From Botryllus schlosseri (lineage: Eukaryota), in the NCBI GenBank assembly GCA_051294905.1, contig CM119374.1, positions 19,344,001 to 19,408,000 on the forward strand: DNA of 64,000 nucleotides, in the 5' to 3' direction. Numbering within the stretch: position 1 is the stretch's first letter; each line of letters begins with the position of its first letter. Below the pieces are notes generated by a model. That model made no database searches. It saw only the letters and a list, made by a program, of their open reading frames with translations, and was not told the DNA's origin. Positions 22,910-35,286 of the stretch are shown here, piece by piece. The translations under genes and the position numbers were made by a program.

Positions 22910-25386
22910 TATAGCACGCACCCTGCATTCGCAGTACATGAGTACATGAATAGTTGCGGTTTAGTATTCGATGTTGTTCTGTTTTGCGACGTCACTGTCG
23001 AACAATCATGACATACTGATTGCTAATCATAATACAATTAACGGCATTGTCTCTAAACGAGAGTGGATAGTAGCCAAAGCCTGCGAGGTCGGCGACGCGA
23101 TAGCTCAGGCTAGCGACACACGACATCTTGCGCACGTGGCCTATTACAATTACAGATGCGATTGCTCAGGCCAACGGTTATGTCGGGCGCACCAGTCCTG
23201 TTGGAGATGCGACTGATTACGCACGCGATTATATCTTACGCACATGACCTCTTATGTATGCGATTGTTAAGGCCTGTCGTTGACGAGATGAATCAACAAG
23301 GATTGCCTCGCAGTCGCACGCTTGTAGCAATCAGCGACCTAATTTCGCTCGCGTACAAACGGCAAACCAACTCAGCAAGAGATCGCGTGCTTTGCAGACG
23401 ACTCTCGTTAATTAGAAACTCGCTTTCCGTTAATTGGCAACACGCTTCTCTATTTGGCAGCGCGTTACACTCTATAATACGAATTACGGGGCCCAATGGC
23501 TAGAGGTGATGCGCGATTTAAACAAACATGAAGGAAGGTGTGATTTCAAGTATGTGATCGAGGGATTTTTTTTAAGGCTTGCTGTACCCATGTATAATAC
23601 GCACCCCCCTATTTTAGGAAAAAAATTCGGTAAAATTTTGCGCATTATACATGGAAAATTACGGTAATTGTAATCGCAATTATAAGAGAACGGTGAATTC
23701 CTATAGTGACGGTTAAGGCCGTTTGGATGCTTTAGTGCAGTGGTTCTCATATACTGGGCAGCGTGAAACCATCTGAAGGGGGCACGAAGATGCGGTAAAC
23801 TGAAATGTTTTTCGCGCCCCGCGCGATTTATCTACAATTCATAGTTGTTTATCTGAGTATAGTGCGGATTTGATATTTGAGACATCTCTCATCAACATTA
23901 CTAACATTCCATGCCATCAAAGAATCCGTTGGGATTTCTAGCATTCTGGTTGCATTTTGTGATATGACGATAAGGGGGCGCCAAATTTTTCACTGTCATA
24001 AAGGGGGGCGTGTCTAAAAAAGTTTGAGGTTTGAGGTTCTGAACCTGAGGGTTGTTGATTGAGCTCTTCTGGGGATCGAGGAGATATGTTGAACGTAATC
24101 AGCTGCCCATTCCATTCTGAGTAAGTCGGGGAAAAGGTGCAACCATTTTTTTAGTAATCATCTTGACAAACTTTGAGATGGACCACGGAACATTTTCATA
24201 TTGGAAATGGATTCGCGACCATGAAAGATTGGGTTTACGTGTGACATTAAGTTGATTTAATGTTGTACATAGTACATATACGTACCCCGCGTTTTCGAAC
24301 TCAATAAACTCTGACTGACGTGAATTTGATGTAGATTTACCGTACTTCGGCAGATCGATACCATAAACTAGCCCCAATTGCAATTTATTATCAATTTTCA
24401 ACTTTCTGTGGAAGTACCGCAACGAATTGTAATGGATTGAGGAGTTAGCGCAGCTCATTAATCTTTGGCGTCGGTCTGAAAATGTCCGGTCTTTAAATCA
24501 TTGTACATAGTGTAAGAGTCACATGAATTGATTGTATCATTTGATTTAATGTTCTGACATCGCCACTTCAATAGGTACAAGACATACTATGTACATTGTA
24601 CAGCTAACATCCTATTATCTCCACTTTTGGGGGAGCTCTAAGTTACCTAAAATTATTTCGTTGGTTGTTTGTTGGAGATTTATTCAACTTGAAAAATTTT
24701 CGTCGCGCCTCGCGTGATTTCACGTTCATGCCGCCCTAAATTTAAATATGATTAGTAAGAGAACAATGCCCACAATATAGAGAAATAGCCATATCGCCGG
24801 TGGCGATTACCATTCATTAAAGGGGATTATGGCTCTATATAGTCTAGGATAAGAGGTGGGCCACAGAACATTTCCAAACCGGAAAATGGACCACAGCCAA
24901 AAAATGGCTGAGAACCCCTGATCGTAGTAATGTATTGGACGTGTGGTTAGATGTGTATTGTGGTATGTTTTTGTTTTTATGATTCAGCAAAGATCTGGTG
25001 TTCAGCGAAGGCTTATGCAGATTAGTACAAGTGTTCCTCGGGTTAGTAAAGACTAAGAGCCGTCGTAGTGTACTACATGTTCACTATGTCGCGATGCTAC
25101 CAATCTTGGTTTACTTTACAGTCTTCCACAGTGGGGAATAATATCAAAACTATAATTGTTGTTGATAGATTGACTCTTAGTGGCAAGAAGCGTGTAATTT
25201 CAGTACTAAAAAATCATCTCTCTGTACTAGACTTGAATCATTAGAATTAATACTCGATTCAGATTCGAGTACTCGAATCATTGACCCCAGCCCTTGTGTA
25301 TGTGGTGTTGGGTGTTTTACATACTCAGCTTGTTCGTTGTCAACGTTCCAGTTGAAAAAGCAATGAAATCTCTATCTGATCCACAG

Positions 25387-25524
25387 CTGGTGTTGCGCTG
25401 CATGACATATCACCAGAATTCGTCTGCGGAAGCTTACGCAGTGCAATTAGCTGGCTCGGCTTGTGTCTATAATCTGACTAATCGTGAATCTGGCTCTCAA
25501 ATTCCTGTGCCGGTTCTGTCCCAG
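25387..25524 (+). CDS. ZYG11: ZYG11-family exon (LVLRCMTYHQN...VQLAGSACVYNLT...PVPVLSQ)
   Basis: CACAG / GTCAGT; matches the conserved VQLAASACVFNLT motif. Confidence 0.92.
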
Positions 25525-25989
25525 GTCAGTTACAAATACTTAGTAGTTGGTTTCCTTTTTTTTCTATTTTTTCTACTTAATATACTTCTACTTTTCGGTT
25601 TTACCTACTTGCAATCATTACTCAATTGGTACTGTTGTTAGATTACTTCTACTTCTACTTGAACACAGGTGCTTTCGTCACATTACTTTTGATAGGAATA
25701 TTACCATCTCAATTCTTGCAAAGTCACTTTGTACGGGCAGACAATTCAGATCAGAAAAGTGCTAGAATTCTATGACTTTATAACGTTTAGTGCGTAATTT
25801 AACTTCATAGTGTTTTATAGGTCAACATGTTTCATTTTAGGTCCAATAAATAATCGTCCTGAGTAGTTTTAATACCAATCATTTTATTTTTCCACTTGAA
25901 ATATTCTTGAAATCCTGACTTCTGCTTGAAATTGAGTAGAAATTTATAGCGTTACCGACTACTCTGAGCACCTCTGCTTTGTTCCGCAG

Positions 25990-26094
25990 GTCGTCACGGC
26001 GACTCTGGTGACAATGAATCTGTTCTCTCATAAACGGCAATTGCAAAAAAACTGCCTCATGACACTTTGCAACGAGCGTATTCTGAAGAATGTG
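25990..26094 (+). CDS. ZYG11: ZYG11-family exon (VVTATLVTMNLFSHKRQLQKNCLMTLCNERILKNV)
   Basis: CGCAG / GTGAGT; matches QLQKNCLLSLCSDRIL. Confidence 0.92.
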
Positions 26095-26884
26095 GTGAGT
26101 TTGCGATTGCAATCGTGGATGCTGCATTATGCCGACTTGAACTAGAACTAGTCACTTCTCAAAATACGCTAATAGAACCAGAACTATACTCGTTTTTCAA
26201 AACTCGCAACTAGCACTCGTACTAGAACTACTAACTTTTTACAACTTGCAACTAGTATTAGAACTAGGACTTACTCCCTTTTCAAAATGCGCAACTGAGT
26301 AAAACTACTCACTTTTCAAAACTCGCAATTCGAACTAGAACTACTCACTTTTCAAAACTAACAACCAGAACTAGAATAAGAACTACTCGATGTTTAAAAC
26401 TAAGGCTAGAACTAGAAATACTCACTTTTCAAAACTCGCCACTAAAACTACTCATATTTCAAAAGTCACAACTAGAACTAGAACTATTCACTTTTCAAAA
26501 CTAGCAACTAAAACTAGAACTACTGGATTTCAAACTACGCAATTAGGACTAGAGCAAATCACTTTTCAAGATTAACAACTAACACTAGAAATAGAACTGC
26601 TCACTTCTCAAAACTGTAACTATAGTCACTTTTCAAAAGTCACAACTAGGATAGAATTACTCGCATTTTAAAACTAACAACCAGAACTAGAAGTAAAACG
26701 ACTAACTTTCAAAACTCGCAACAAATACTAGGACTACTTACTTATCACTAGAAGTAGAACTATTGAAAATAACATTAGAAGAGCTTCTTGGAGGTACAGA
26801 ACTTCAATATACAATTGAATAGTGTATTCATATTGAAATGAACCCGAATATTTTCGGGTTTCTGATGACGTCATCAGCCGCGGC

Positions 26885-27499
26885 ATGGAGAGGAAATTAA
26901 CGCAATTCAACGCAGAAAAACGAACAGAGCCCACCGCACGAACAATAAAAGATGTTTATATCCATCTACCTTGGATTGGCCCCATTTCCACCCGCTTTGA
27001 AAAACAATTGATTTCTGCTGTCGGTAAATGTTACGATACAGTCAAAACCAATGTGATTTTTACAACAACACAACTGCTCCCTTCAACACGCAAAGACGTG
27101 CTTCCTGCACTTCAACAAAGTAATGTAGTGTACGAATATAGGTGCCACTGTGATTGTGGCTACGTGGGAAGAACGTCAAGACGTCTGCAGGACCGCATAA
27201 ACCAACATGTCCCCAGATTTATCAGAACACGTGCGTCACGCGATGTGAAAAGCTCACCCTTAACTCATCCACTTAAGATTGATGCTGATCGATCAAAGGC
27301 AATTAATTCTGCCATCGGCAAACATCTGTTGGATAATCCGATTTGTGCGAATAATTATCGAGACGACCGATTTCGAATCGTAGGTCGAGGCCGTTCACAA
27401 TTCCATTTGTGTGCCTTGGAATCAACTTTTATCAAAATACACCAACCAAAACTCTGTCAACAAAAGGAGTTCGTGTATCACCTAAAAATAGTACATTGA
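26885..27499 (+). CDS. Penelope-like element C-terminal region: RT thumb/linker plus GIY-YIG endonuclease (truncated; the ATG is probably not native)
   Basis: YIHLPWIG...KDVLP...SNVVYEYRCHCDCGYVGRTSRRLQDRINQH...SAIGKHL...LCALESTFIK..QPKLC.QK; uninterrupted for 204 codons. Confidence 0.88.
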   Translation: MERKLTQFNAEKRTEPTARTIKDVYIHLPWIGPISTRFEKQLISAVGKCYDTVKTNVIFTTTQLLPSTRKDVLPALQQSNVVYEYRCHCDCGYVGRTSRRLQDRINQHVPRFIRTRASRDVKSSPLTHPLKIDADRSKAINSAIGKHLLDNPICANNYRDDRFRIVGRGRSQFHLCALESTFIKIHQPKLCQQKEFVYHLKIVH

Positions 27500-27590
27500 A
27501 CGCTCTCTCATTCGAAATTTCATGCTGGTGACGTCATATTTTGTGATACGATTGCTGATATACAATGTTCTTTCCAATTCTCTACTAGTT

Positions 27591-27635
27591 GCTGACGATT
27601 ACCCCTGACGAGTGTCAGCCGAAAATATTCGGGTT
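27591..27635 (+). ncRNA. Minimal type I hammerhead ribozyme motif
   Basis: ACCC-CTGACGA-G(tgtcagc)C-GAAA-ATAT-TC-GGGT: stem I ACCC/GGGT, intact core, palindromic stem III AATATT, UUC cleavage triplet ending at 27630. Confidence 0.75.
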
Positions 27636-27732
27636 CATTTCAATATGAATACACTATTTAAAATAACATTAGTTAGTTGACCGTCAAGTAACTAGATCGG
27701 TAGTTTTGTACAATTCTGTCATTCTTTTGCAG

Positions 27733-27891
27733 ACGTTTGACTTTTTCAAGGCCGCGCGTCTGGTCATGCAATGTCTGTGTTCCAGTGACGACGAGGCCAT
27801 GCACAGAATGGCGGTTGCCATCATTTCAATACTGGCGGCCAAGATTTCGACCGAGGAAACCGCCATTTTGGGCTCCAACACAAATATGAAG
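27733..27891 (+). CDS. ZYG11: ZYG11-family exon (TFDFFKAARLVMQCLC...MHRMAVAIISILAAKISTEET...)
   Basis: Near identity to the conserved MQRMAVAIISILAAKLSTEQT motif. Confidence 0.95.
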
Positions 27892-28020
27892 GTAGTATAT
27901 GCGTACACCACGGACGGTCAAAGTATTCAGCATTGCTACTCAAGTACAAGTTGGCAAAATCCACTAGAGTTCTTTAAAAAAGTAGAATTTCTCCGTACCG
28001 ACCGACGATTTCGCCTTCAG

Positions 28021-28182
28021 GCGCTGCTGCAAATCGTGGATCAGAAGCTGAACGTTGGAGCCTCGGATTTGACGCTCAAATTTGCTCTGAGCGCGCTTTG
28101 GAATTTGACAGACGAGAGTTCTTCCACTTGCAGGAACTTCATTCAGAACAACGGGCTGGCGCTGGTCTTGCGCGTTCTGTCT
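28021..28182 (+). CDS. ZYG11: ZYG11-family exon (ALLQIVDQK...TLKFALSALWNLTDESSSTCRNFIQNNGL...)
   Basis: Conserved TLKFTLSALWNLTDES.TC..FI motif; TTCAG / GTGAGT. Confidence 0.95.
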
Positions 28183-28214
28183 GTGAGTCTGTCCCCATGT
28201 CTGCTCTCAACTTG

Positions 28215-29126
28215 ACAATTCTAGTTGTCTAGTTCGAGCGATTAGAGAAAAATACCGGTAATATAATTTGTGAAATGTTTCCATGTTCTCATTTTGATTC
28301 AAATCTAATTTCTGCTTTTCCTGGAAAAGCAACAGGAGACCTGTATCGTGCGAAACGATCCAACCATGTTGTATAGACATTTGCCATCCTCGTGCTTATG
28401 AGTATAATCTCTGATTAGATATGAACTCAACTTTATTTTTGTAGTATTTCTTTCTGATTTGAAATTGATTTCAGTTTCAAAGTTTTTGCAAAATCTTAAT
28501 TCTAATATTATTTGGAAAAAATTGTAGCTATATTCCTAAATCTAATCCAATTGGTTAAGGCCGACAATTTTCCAGTTTTCCAAGTATGCTATCAAGGCTC
28601 CCCCACGCATTTCCATAAGGTTTGTTCAAACAAACTTTTTAGTTAATTTCACTGAGTATTCGATGGAATTGTTAGGTTGCCTAAAAAAACGATGGACATC
28701 AAATTTAACACCATTCCAACCCATAGAAATGAAGGTATCAGACTAGATTTTTGGTTAATAAAAAATGCGACTAAAAAAATGGACTTGGGCTACTAGCTAA
28801 TTTTCAGCTTTTCTAAATTGAATAGGCATTATACCTACACAGTTTTTTCAAATTAGGTTAGAATTAGAATTATAGCTACACAGGTGTTTCCAAATTAGAG
28901 CAGAATTAGAATTAAAGCTACAAAATTTTTTTCGAAATTGGATTCGTAATATAGGTTCAATACAGGTTCTTTAAAAAATATATTCAAATTAGAATGATAG
29001 CTAAAAAAGTATTTTTCGAATTAGAGTAGAACTACAATTACTGAATTAGATTAGAATAAGACCACGGACATTTCACTCTAGTGGTTCTAATTAGGCAGCT
29101 AGAATTATCTAGTTGTCCAAGTCTGC
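28215..29126. repeat. AATTCTAATCTAATTT-rich interspersed repeat
   Basis: Shares ends (CTAGTTGTCCAAGT) and units with 32508-33025 and the 30.0-30.9 kb array. Confidence 0.6.
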
Positions 29127-29573
29127 CCCAGTGCGTAATCTAGGCAATCTAACAATTTCATGGGTCTCCAGTTGAATAATTTTTTTTTAATAAATTTAAA
29201 AAAAAATGCACTAAAAACTTCGCTTGTATGAGTTGGAATTGAGCCAAACCTAAGTTACAGCATTCTGGGCAACCTGGCCATTTCATAGGGTTCCAGTGTA
29301 ATTATTTTAGTAAATTATTTTTACTTTTTTATAAAGGCCTATTAGAAGTGGGCCAAAATTTATGTGCAGCTTTTTTATTGGTAACCTAATGACTTGATTT
29401 GGTTCCTTCGAAAAAAAATCATTTTTTCCATTAAATCCAAAATTTTTCACTGTGATAACTTCACTTGTATGGGCTGTAATTGAACCAAATTTGATGTACA
29501 ATATTTTAAGGCACGCAGCGAAATTTTATAAGAAAAGTTTGTTTTAATTACCCTAACGTCCGTACCGTTACAG

Positions 29574-29621
29574 ATACACTACGACAATCCATGCGTCCAA
29601 ACAAGAATCCTGGGGCTGCTG
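29574..29621 (+). CDS. ZYG11: ZYG11-family exon (IHYDNPCVQTRILGLL)
   Basis: TACAG / GTGGGT; matches IQQKVLGLL. Confidence 0.88.
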
Positions 29622-29736
29622 GTGGGTGATTTTCTTTCCATTTTATGAAAAGTTTCCCAAGTTTTTCCAAATTTTTATTCGCAAATTTGTTTTCATTTGT
29701 TTCACAACTTTATCGAATTTCTTGTATTTTGCGCAG

Positions 29737-29844
29737 AACAATCTGGCAGAGGTTGCCGAGCTCCGACCTTACCTCCTTCTCCTCCACAACAAGACGTCGC
29801 TCATTCAGAACGTCCGGACTTTGCTCGCTTCCGAACATATTGAG
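29737..29844 (+). CDS. ZYG11: ZYG11-family exon (NNLAEVAELRPYL...LLASEHIE)
   Basis: Matches NNIAEVQEL...LLHSVEVE. Confidence 0.9.
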
Positions 29845-30089
29845 GTTTCTTTGTTTGGTTTTTCAACTTTTTTCCCGATCTTCTGACTTCACAGCCAGAT
29901 AATTTCTGGCTTTCCTGAAAATTCTGCAGGTTAACTGTATCGTACAAAAACGAACCAAGCATGCTGTACAGACATTTGAAGAATGGACTTAGACTTGGCA
30001 TGACCTGAACTTTATTTTGTTGTATTCCTAATTCACAATTTGATTCAATTTTGTTATTGCGAACTTGGTACTATTAATTAAAATCCAAG

Positions 30090-30890
30090 TTGGAAAAATT
30101 GTGGCTATAATTTAATTGTGAATAATTTGGAAAAACTATGTAGCTATCATTCTAAACATAAAATAATTTGGAAAAACTGCGTAGCTATCATTCGAATTCT
30201 GATCAAATTTGAAAAAAAGACTGCGTGTAGCAATCACGCATATAATTTAATTTTAAAAAAAACAGTGTAGCTATCATTTTACGGTAATTGTTATCTATTT
30301 TGAAAAAAAGCTGTGTAGCTATCATTCGAATTCTAATCAAATTTGGAAAAAGACTGTGTAGTCATCACTGAATTCTACTCTAATTTTGAAAGAAACAGTG
30401 TAGCCATCATTGAATTCTAATCGAATTTGGAAAAAAGGTGAGGTCATTGTTTGATTCAAATTTAATTTGAAAAAAGAAGCTGTGTAGCTATCATTATAAT
30501 TGCAATCTATTTTTAAAAAAGAAGCTGTGTAGCTATCATTCGAATTCTAATCAAATTTGGAAAAAAAAACTGTGCAGTCATCATTGAATTCTACTATAAT
30601 TTTAAAAAAAACTGTAGCTACCATTCGCATTCTAATCAAATTTAAAAAAAAACTGTGTAGCCATCATTGAATTCTAATCTAATTTGAAGAATAAAAACAG
30701 TGTGACTATCATTTTAATTGTAATATATTTTGAAGAACAAAACTGTGTATAGCTATCATTCGAATTCCAATAAAATTTGGAAAAACTGCAGCTATCATTC
30801 TAAACCTATTCTAATTTGGTTATAAAAACAGTGTAGCTTGAATTCTAATTCTAATCTATTTGGAAAATACTGGAATTTTTCCAATGGTCC
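30090..30890. repeat. Intronic minisatellite of about 55-60 bp units (CTGTGTAGCTATCATTCGAATTCTAATCAAATTTGGAAAAA)
   Basis: More than 10 degenerate tandem units are visible. Confidence 0.85.
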
Positions 30891-30915
30891 ATCTCTGATT
30901 GCAATATCGTTTCAG

Positions 30916-31026
30916 GTGTGTTACTTTGCGGCAGGAGTCATTTCTCACTTGGCCATGCTGGATGACGCGGAATGGGACTCGCGACTCAATTGCAGCGGAA
31001 TGAGAAAAGCATGTCTCGAGGACGTG
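30916..31026 (+). CDS. ZYG11: ZYG11-family exon (VCYFAAGVISHL...EWD...CLEDV)
   Basis: Matches VSYFAAGIIAHL; TTCAG / GTGAGA. Confidence 0.92.
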
Positions 31027-31632
31027 GTGAGAAAAGTAGTCAAAGTAGTTGCTACCCTAGTAGAAGTACAAGTAACGCTGAAACGTTACAAGCAGAAATT
31101 GCGATTTCCAATACACCGGATGCCAAAAACTAGTTCAGGTGGAAAAACGACTTGTTACGTCTGAAAAGTACCCAGGGCTAGGGAATTACATTTGTGACCT
31201 AAAAATTGAAAATCTGGACATTTTTGACAAATCTTTGACTCGTGAAGGACTCGCACAAATTACGAGCAAGAGGTTGCTTAGATCTAAAAAATGAAACTAG
31301 TTACTTTAGTATTTGGTAGATCATAGTTTTCTAGCTCCGTCTCAAGTCGCTTTCTACTTTTAAAAATCAAAATTGTAAAAACTAAGTGGTTTTGTCTAAA
31401 ATAATGTCAATTAAAAGTTAAAGTGATCAAAAACATAACCACTCGAGTAAGGAGTTGACAAAACATGTTGAGTACACTGTATAGGTAGAAAGAGCGATTT
31501 TGAAGGGAAAAGTAAATACTTCCGCCTTGTTTTGCTAGTAGAAATGAAAAGAGTTTAAAAAGTAGGGAAAACCTACTTGCGCTTTCGGAAAGATAGAAAT
31601 ATTTTGTTACTGACCCTTTTTTCATGTTCTAG

Positions 31633-31857
<225 letters not shown>

Positions 31858-31999
31858 TGATTTTTCGAGTACTGAAATGATACGCTCCTTGCCACTAGGA
31901 GTTTGTTTATCAACGAGAGTTATTGTTTCAATACTATTTTCCATTGTGAAAGCCTTGAAACCCTGATTGACCGTGTAGTTATAGTACAAAGATGCGCAC

Positions 32000-32496
32000 T
32001 AAGGTTGTTCAAAATTTGGAAAATGTTTGGAATTCTGCGTGTCCATCGCTTATTCTGTAGATTATTGTTGAAAAACAATAATGGGCTTGGAAGAAGCTCG
32101 CAGGAAAGCCGGTAATATTTGTCTAAATGTGTTTCAAAGTAGCCGTCGGCGAGTGGGCGGGGAATCGATGAAGTGGGCGGGCAAAGAGAAGCCATTAATC
32201 CTGATTGGTTGAAGCCGGTAATAATAAGCTAATGATTGGCTGAAAGACCGACTTTGTGAACACTGCTGGTAATGATTTTTGCGTACCCAATCAAGAACCG
32301 TGGTTTCGTGATTGCCCGCCTCTGCTGTCGGTTGCCCGCCCACTCTTCAACAACGACTTTCAAACGCATTTAGACAAATGTTATCGGCTCTCCTGCGAGC
32401 TTCTTTCAAGCCCATTATTGTTTTTTAACAATAATCTACAGAATAAGCGATGGACACGCATAATTCCAAACATTTTCCAAATTTTGAACAACCCTA
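32000..32496. mobile_element. Fold-back hAT MITE with about 180-bp inverted arms
   Basis: TA(A/G)GGTTGTTCAAAA ends with perfect TSD ATGCGCAC. It explains the mirror ORFs 31920-32195(-) and 32256-32567. Confidence 0.9.
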
Positions 32497-33286
32497 ATGC
32501 GCACGGCAGACTTATACAACTGGAAAATTTTCAGTTATTCAAAATTAGAATAAAATTAGAATGGTAGGACACGTTGTTTTCAAAATTAGATTAGAATTAT
32601 AGCTACACAGGTTTTCCAACTTGGCTTAGAATTAAAATGCAACACAACTTTTTTCCAAATTAGATTGCAATTAAAACGACAGCTGAGGTTTTCAAAATTA
32701 GATTGGAATTGGAATTACTGGGTTTGCAAAAACTTGGAAATTCAATAGAGTTCACTTCATATCAACTCAGAGTTGATTGTCATAAGCACGGGAATGGCAA
32801 ATCCAAATATCTGTATACACCGACCTCACAGTTCCCTTGTAGTATTTCAGGAAAACCAGAAATTAGATTAGAATTAGCATGAGAGCATAGAAACATTTCA
32901 CAAATTAGATTCGAATTCGAATTACAGAATAGAAAGATTTCGCAAAGTAGATTAGAATTAGATTACCGGATTTCCGCTCCAATTAGTATAATTCGACAAC
33001 TGGAATTATCTAGTTGTCCAAGTATGACGAAAGGGGGAATTCCATTTCCGCGAAGTTGTGATCAACACAGTATTGTCACAAAGTGCAATGAAATAGGAAT
33101 GGTGGAAAAATACCAAATAAATCTTTAATGTGATGTAGTACTGATGTTACATTCTTTGTACTCCCATATTTAAACTTTCCACAAGTGATACTCGAAGCCT
33201 AATACCCTCTTCAGAATCAATCAGGCACACGATTTTGTCCAGCCCGAGTTCTGTCGCCATTTGCAAATATCAAATGTGATCTGCAG

Positions 33287-33417
33287 GTGAGAAGTATCGG
33301 GAAATGCTGTTGAGAGAGAAAGGAGTCGAATGTCTGCAAGAAATCTGCAGAGAACCAATGTTGGACGAAAATGTTGCGAAACTCGTGCGTCTGACATTGG
33401 ACTTTATCAACGATTAG
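33287..33417 (+). CDS. ZYG11: ZYG11-family last coding exon (GEKYREMLLREKGVECL...LDFIND*)
   Basis: CTGCAG acceptor, phase 1 compatible with the previous exon; matches RYCSMLIEEGGLQHL. Confidence 0.88.
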
Positions 33418-34082
33418 ACTCGGTGAGACCGAACTCAATTTGATACGTGTGCAAACTGAAATTTCTGAATATAGCTCACTTTTTAACACAACCTTCCAAT
33501 CTAGTTTTTGCCGGTCAACTAACGAATGCTTTTATGAGTAGGCTACTTCAAGTTCTAGTTGGGGAATTTGTAAAGTGAGCAGTTCTAGTTCAAATTGGGA
33601 CTTTTGAAGTCAGTAGTTCTAGATCTAGTTCTGGAAAGTCAGTAGGTCTAGTTCCAGTTGCTGCTTTTGAAAAGTGGGTAGCTGTAGTTCTAGTTCAGAC
33701 TTTTGAAAAATTATTAGTTCTAGTTCAAGTTGTAAGTTTTGAGAAGTGAGTAGTTCTAGTAACTAGTTCTAGTTGTAGAATTTGAAAAAGGAGTAGTTGG
33801 GATTATCAAAATGTAGTGTTTTGTACAATTCTAACTCATCGGTTCGAAACACATGCGGCCAACGTAGTCATCGTTGGTAGAAGTAGCATGGTGAATTTAT
33901 AGGCCTATACAAGTAAAAGACTAATGAATTCATTTCATGACTTATGGAAACTAAATTTTGGCTTGCTTTGTCATTCATTATTTCAAAACACTGGAGGCGG
34001 TCAAAGTAGTAGTCGCTGTTAGAAGTAGAAGTAATATCGTGAATTTCTGTACAAAAGTGCGCATGTAGCCTACAAGTAACGA

Positions 34083-34400
34083 ATTCATTTGGTTTGGTTG
34101 TAACCCAGCAAACACTAGATATCTTTTGAACCTGTCAGGATATCTTTTTCTTGTCCGCTCATGTTCAAATCATATCTTGTGCATACCTTGTGCTGTAGTA
34201 CAAATTAAATATATCTTTTTCTTGTCCAGTCATGTTCAAATCATATCTTGTGCATACCTTGTGCTGAAGCACAACTTAAATATATCTTTTTCCTGTTCAG
34301 TCATGTCCAAATCATATCTTGTGCATACCTTGTGCTAAAGCACAACTTGAATATATCTTTTTATCGTGCATACCTTGTGCTGAAGCACAACTTTTCTTGG
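34083..34400. repeat. CCCAGCAAACAC-ended element with about 65-bp internal tandem repeats
   Basis: ATATCTTTTT...CATGTTCAAATCATATCTTGTGCATACCTTGTGCT repeated 3-4 times. Confidence 0.7.
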
Positions 34401-35286
34401 CTAAATTTTGTCTAATGCTGAAAATATATTTGTGAGGAATATCAAATTCGATTATTGCTTCCTATTACGGTAGAGTGGCGTTTATAAATGTACAGTAGAT
34501 TATAATGAATTTTTACTCTTATAGGGCGATTTAGTCACCTATAGTGTCACTACCGAATGTTCCACCTGGTGCCACGCTGTTTCTTGCGATTTTGTAGGCT
34601 AAACTTCAATATCATATTAGCCCGGCTCTAGGTAGCAATTTGAAAGTCCGAAAAATCCGGCTGAAGAATCTCCAGTTCTGCGTCCAAAAAACTTCTGCCA
34701 AAATCATGATATAGTATTTAAGATTATCTTGCTGAAATCCGACTGTCGAAACAAATTCAGAATCCGCATCCAGTCCGGCTGTACTGTAACGCTGAAATCC
34801 TGCTACGACTCCGGCTCCTGATCCGGATTGTAAACGAGAGGCCATTTCTCCCACGCGAACAAAAGTCTCGGCGCGAAATATATTTCTGGCAGATAAAGCG
34901 CTCTCGTAATGGCGGCTTACAGCTACAGTTGAATGTTTGGTTTAGTTGCGTTCTGGAATTAATCGTGGTATTTTGAGGCTCAACTAACCATATTCCTTCA
35001 GAGGATTACTGAAAACTGAACTGTACATGGTAATTTATATATGCTTAATATGAAACATAGGTATATGGTGTTGGTATAATGTCACAAAGTATATAGAACT
35101 TGGTTTGCACTTTTGCGAATATCATAAGCTTGTGACAGTACTGGATTATATAATATCATCAGATGGTGGTCACTCAAATCATCCATTGTGATTGAATGTT
35201 TTTGTACTTTTGTTTATAATAGTGTAGTGTGGCGCTTGTGGGCTCAGCCAAGACTTGGTATAGTTCTCAGATATATAATATGACAG

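Larger units (their letters stand above)
21461..23664 (+). mobile_element. Tc1/pogo-type MITE with TA TSD
   Basis: TA|CCGTAATTTTC...TATA.TGCGC and GCGCA.TATA...GAAAATTACGG|TA. Confidence 0.75.
20997..24920 (+). mobile_element. Second copy of the 5061-7003 hAT-like family, expanded by nested insertions
   Basis: Colinear homology with 5061-5260, 5500-5690 and 6880-7003. Ends CAGGGCCTCTCAA / CTGAGAACCCCTG. Confidence 0.6.
26790..27660 (+). mobile_element. 5'-truncated Penelope-like retroelement with an inverted terminal-repeat fragment, in a ZYG11 intron
   Basis: GIY-YIG ORF followed by a terminal repeat carrying a hammerhead motif. About 26819-26856 is the reverse complement of about 27619-27659. 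Confidence 0.85.

Noticed and set aside
18664-25295. Apparent 6.6-kb element bounded by about 65-bp inverted TAGGGCTGGG ends
   Set aside because: The flanks do not form a TSD, and the left end already pairs with a right end at about 19210; these are probably two separate copies.
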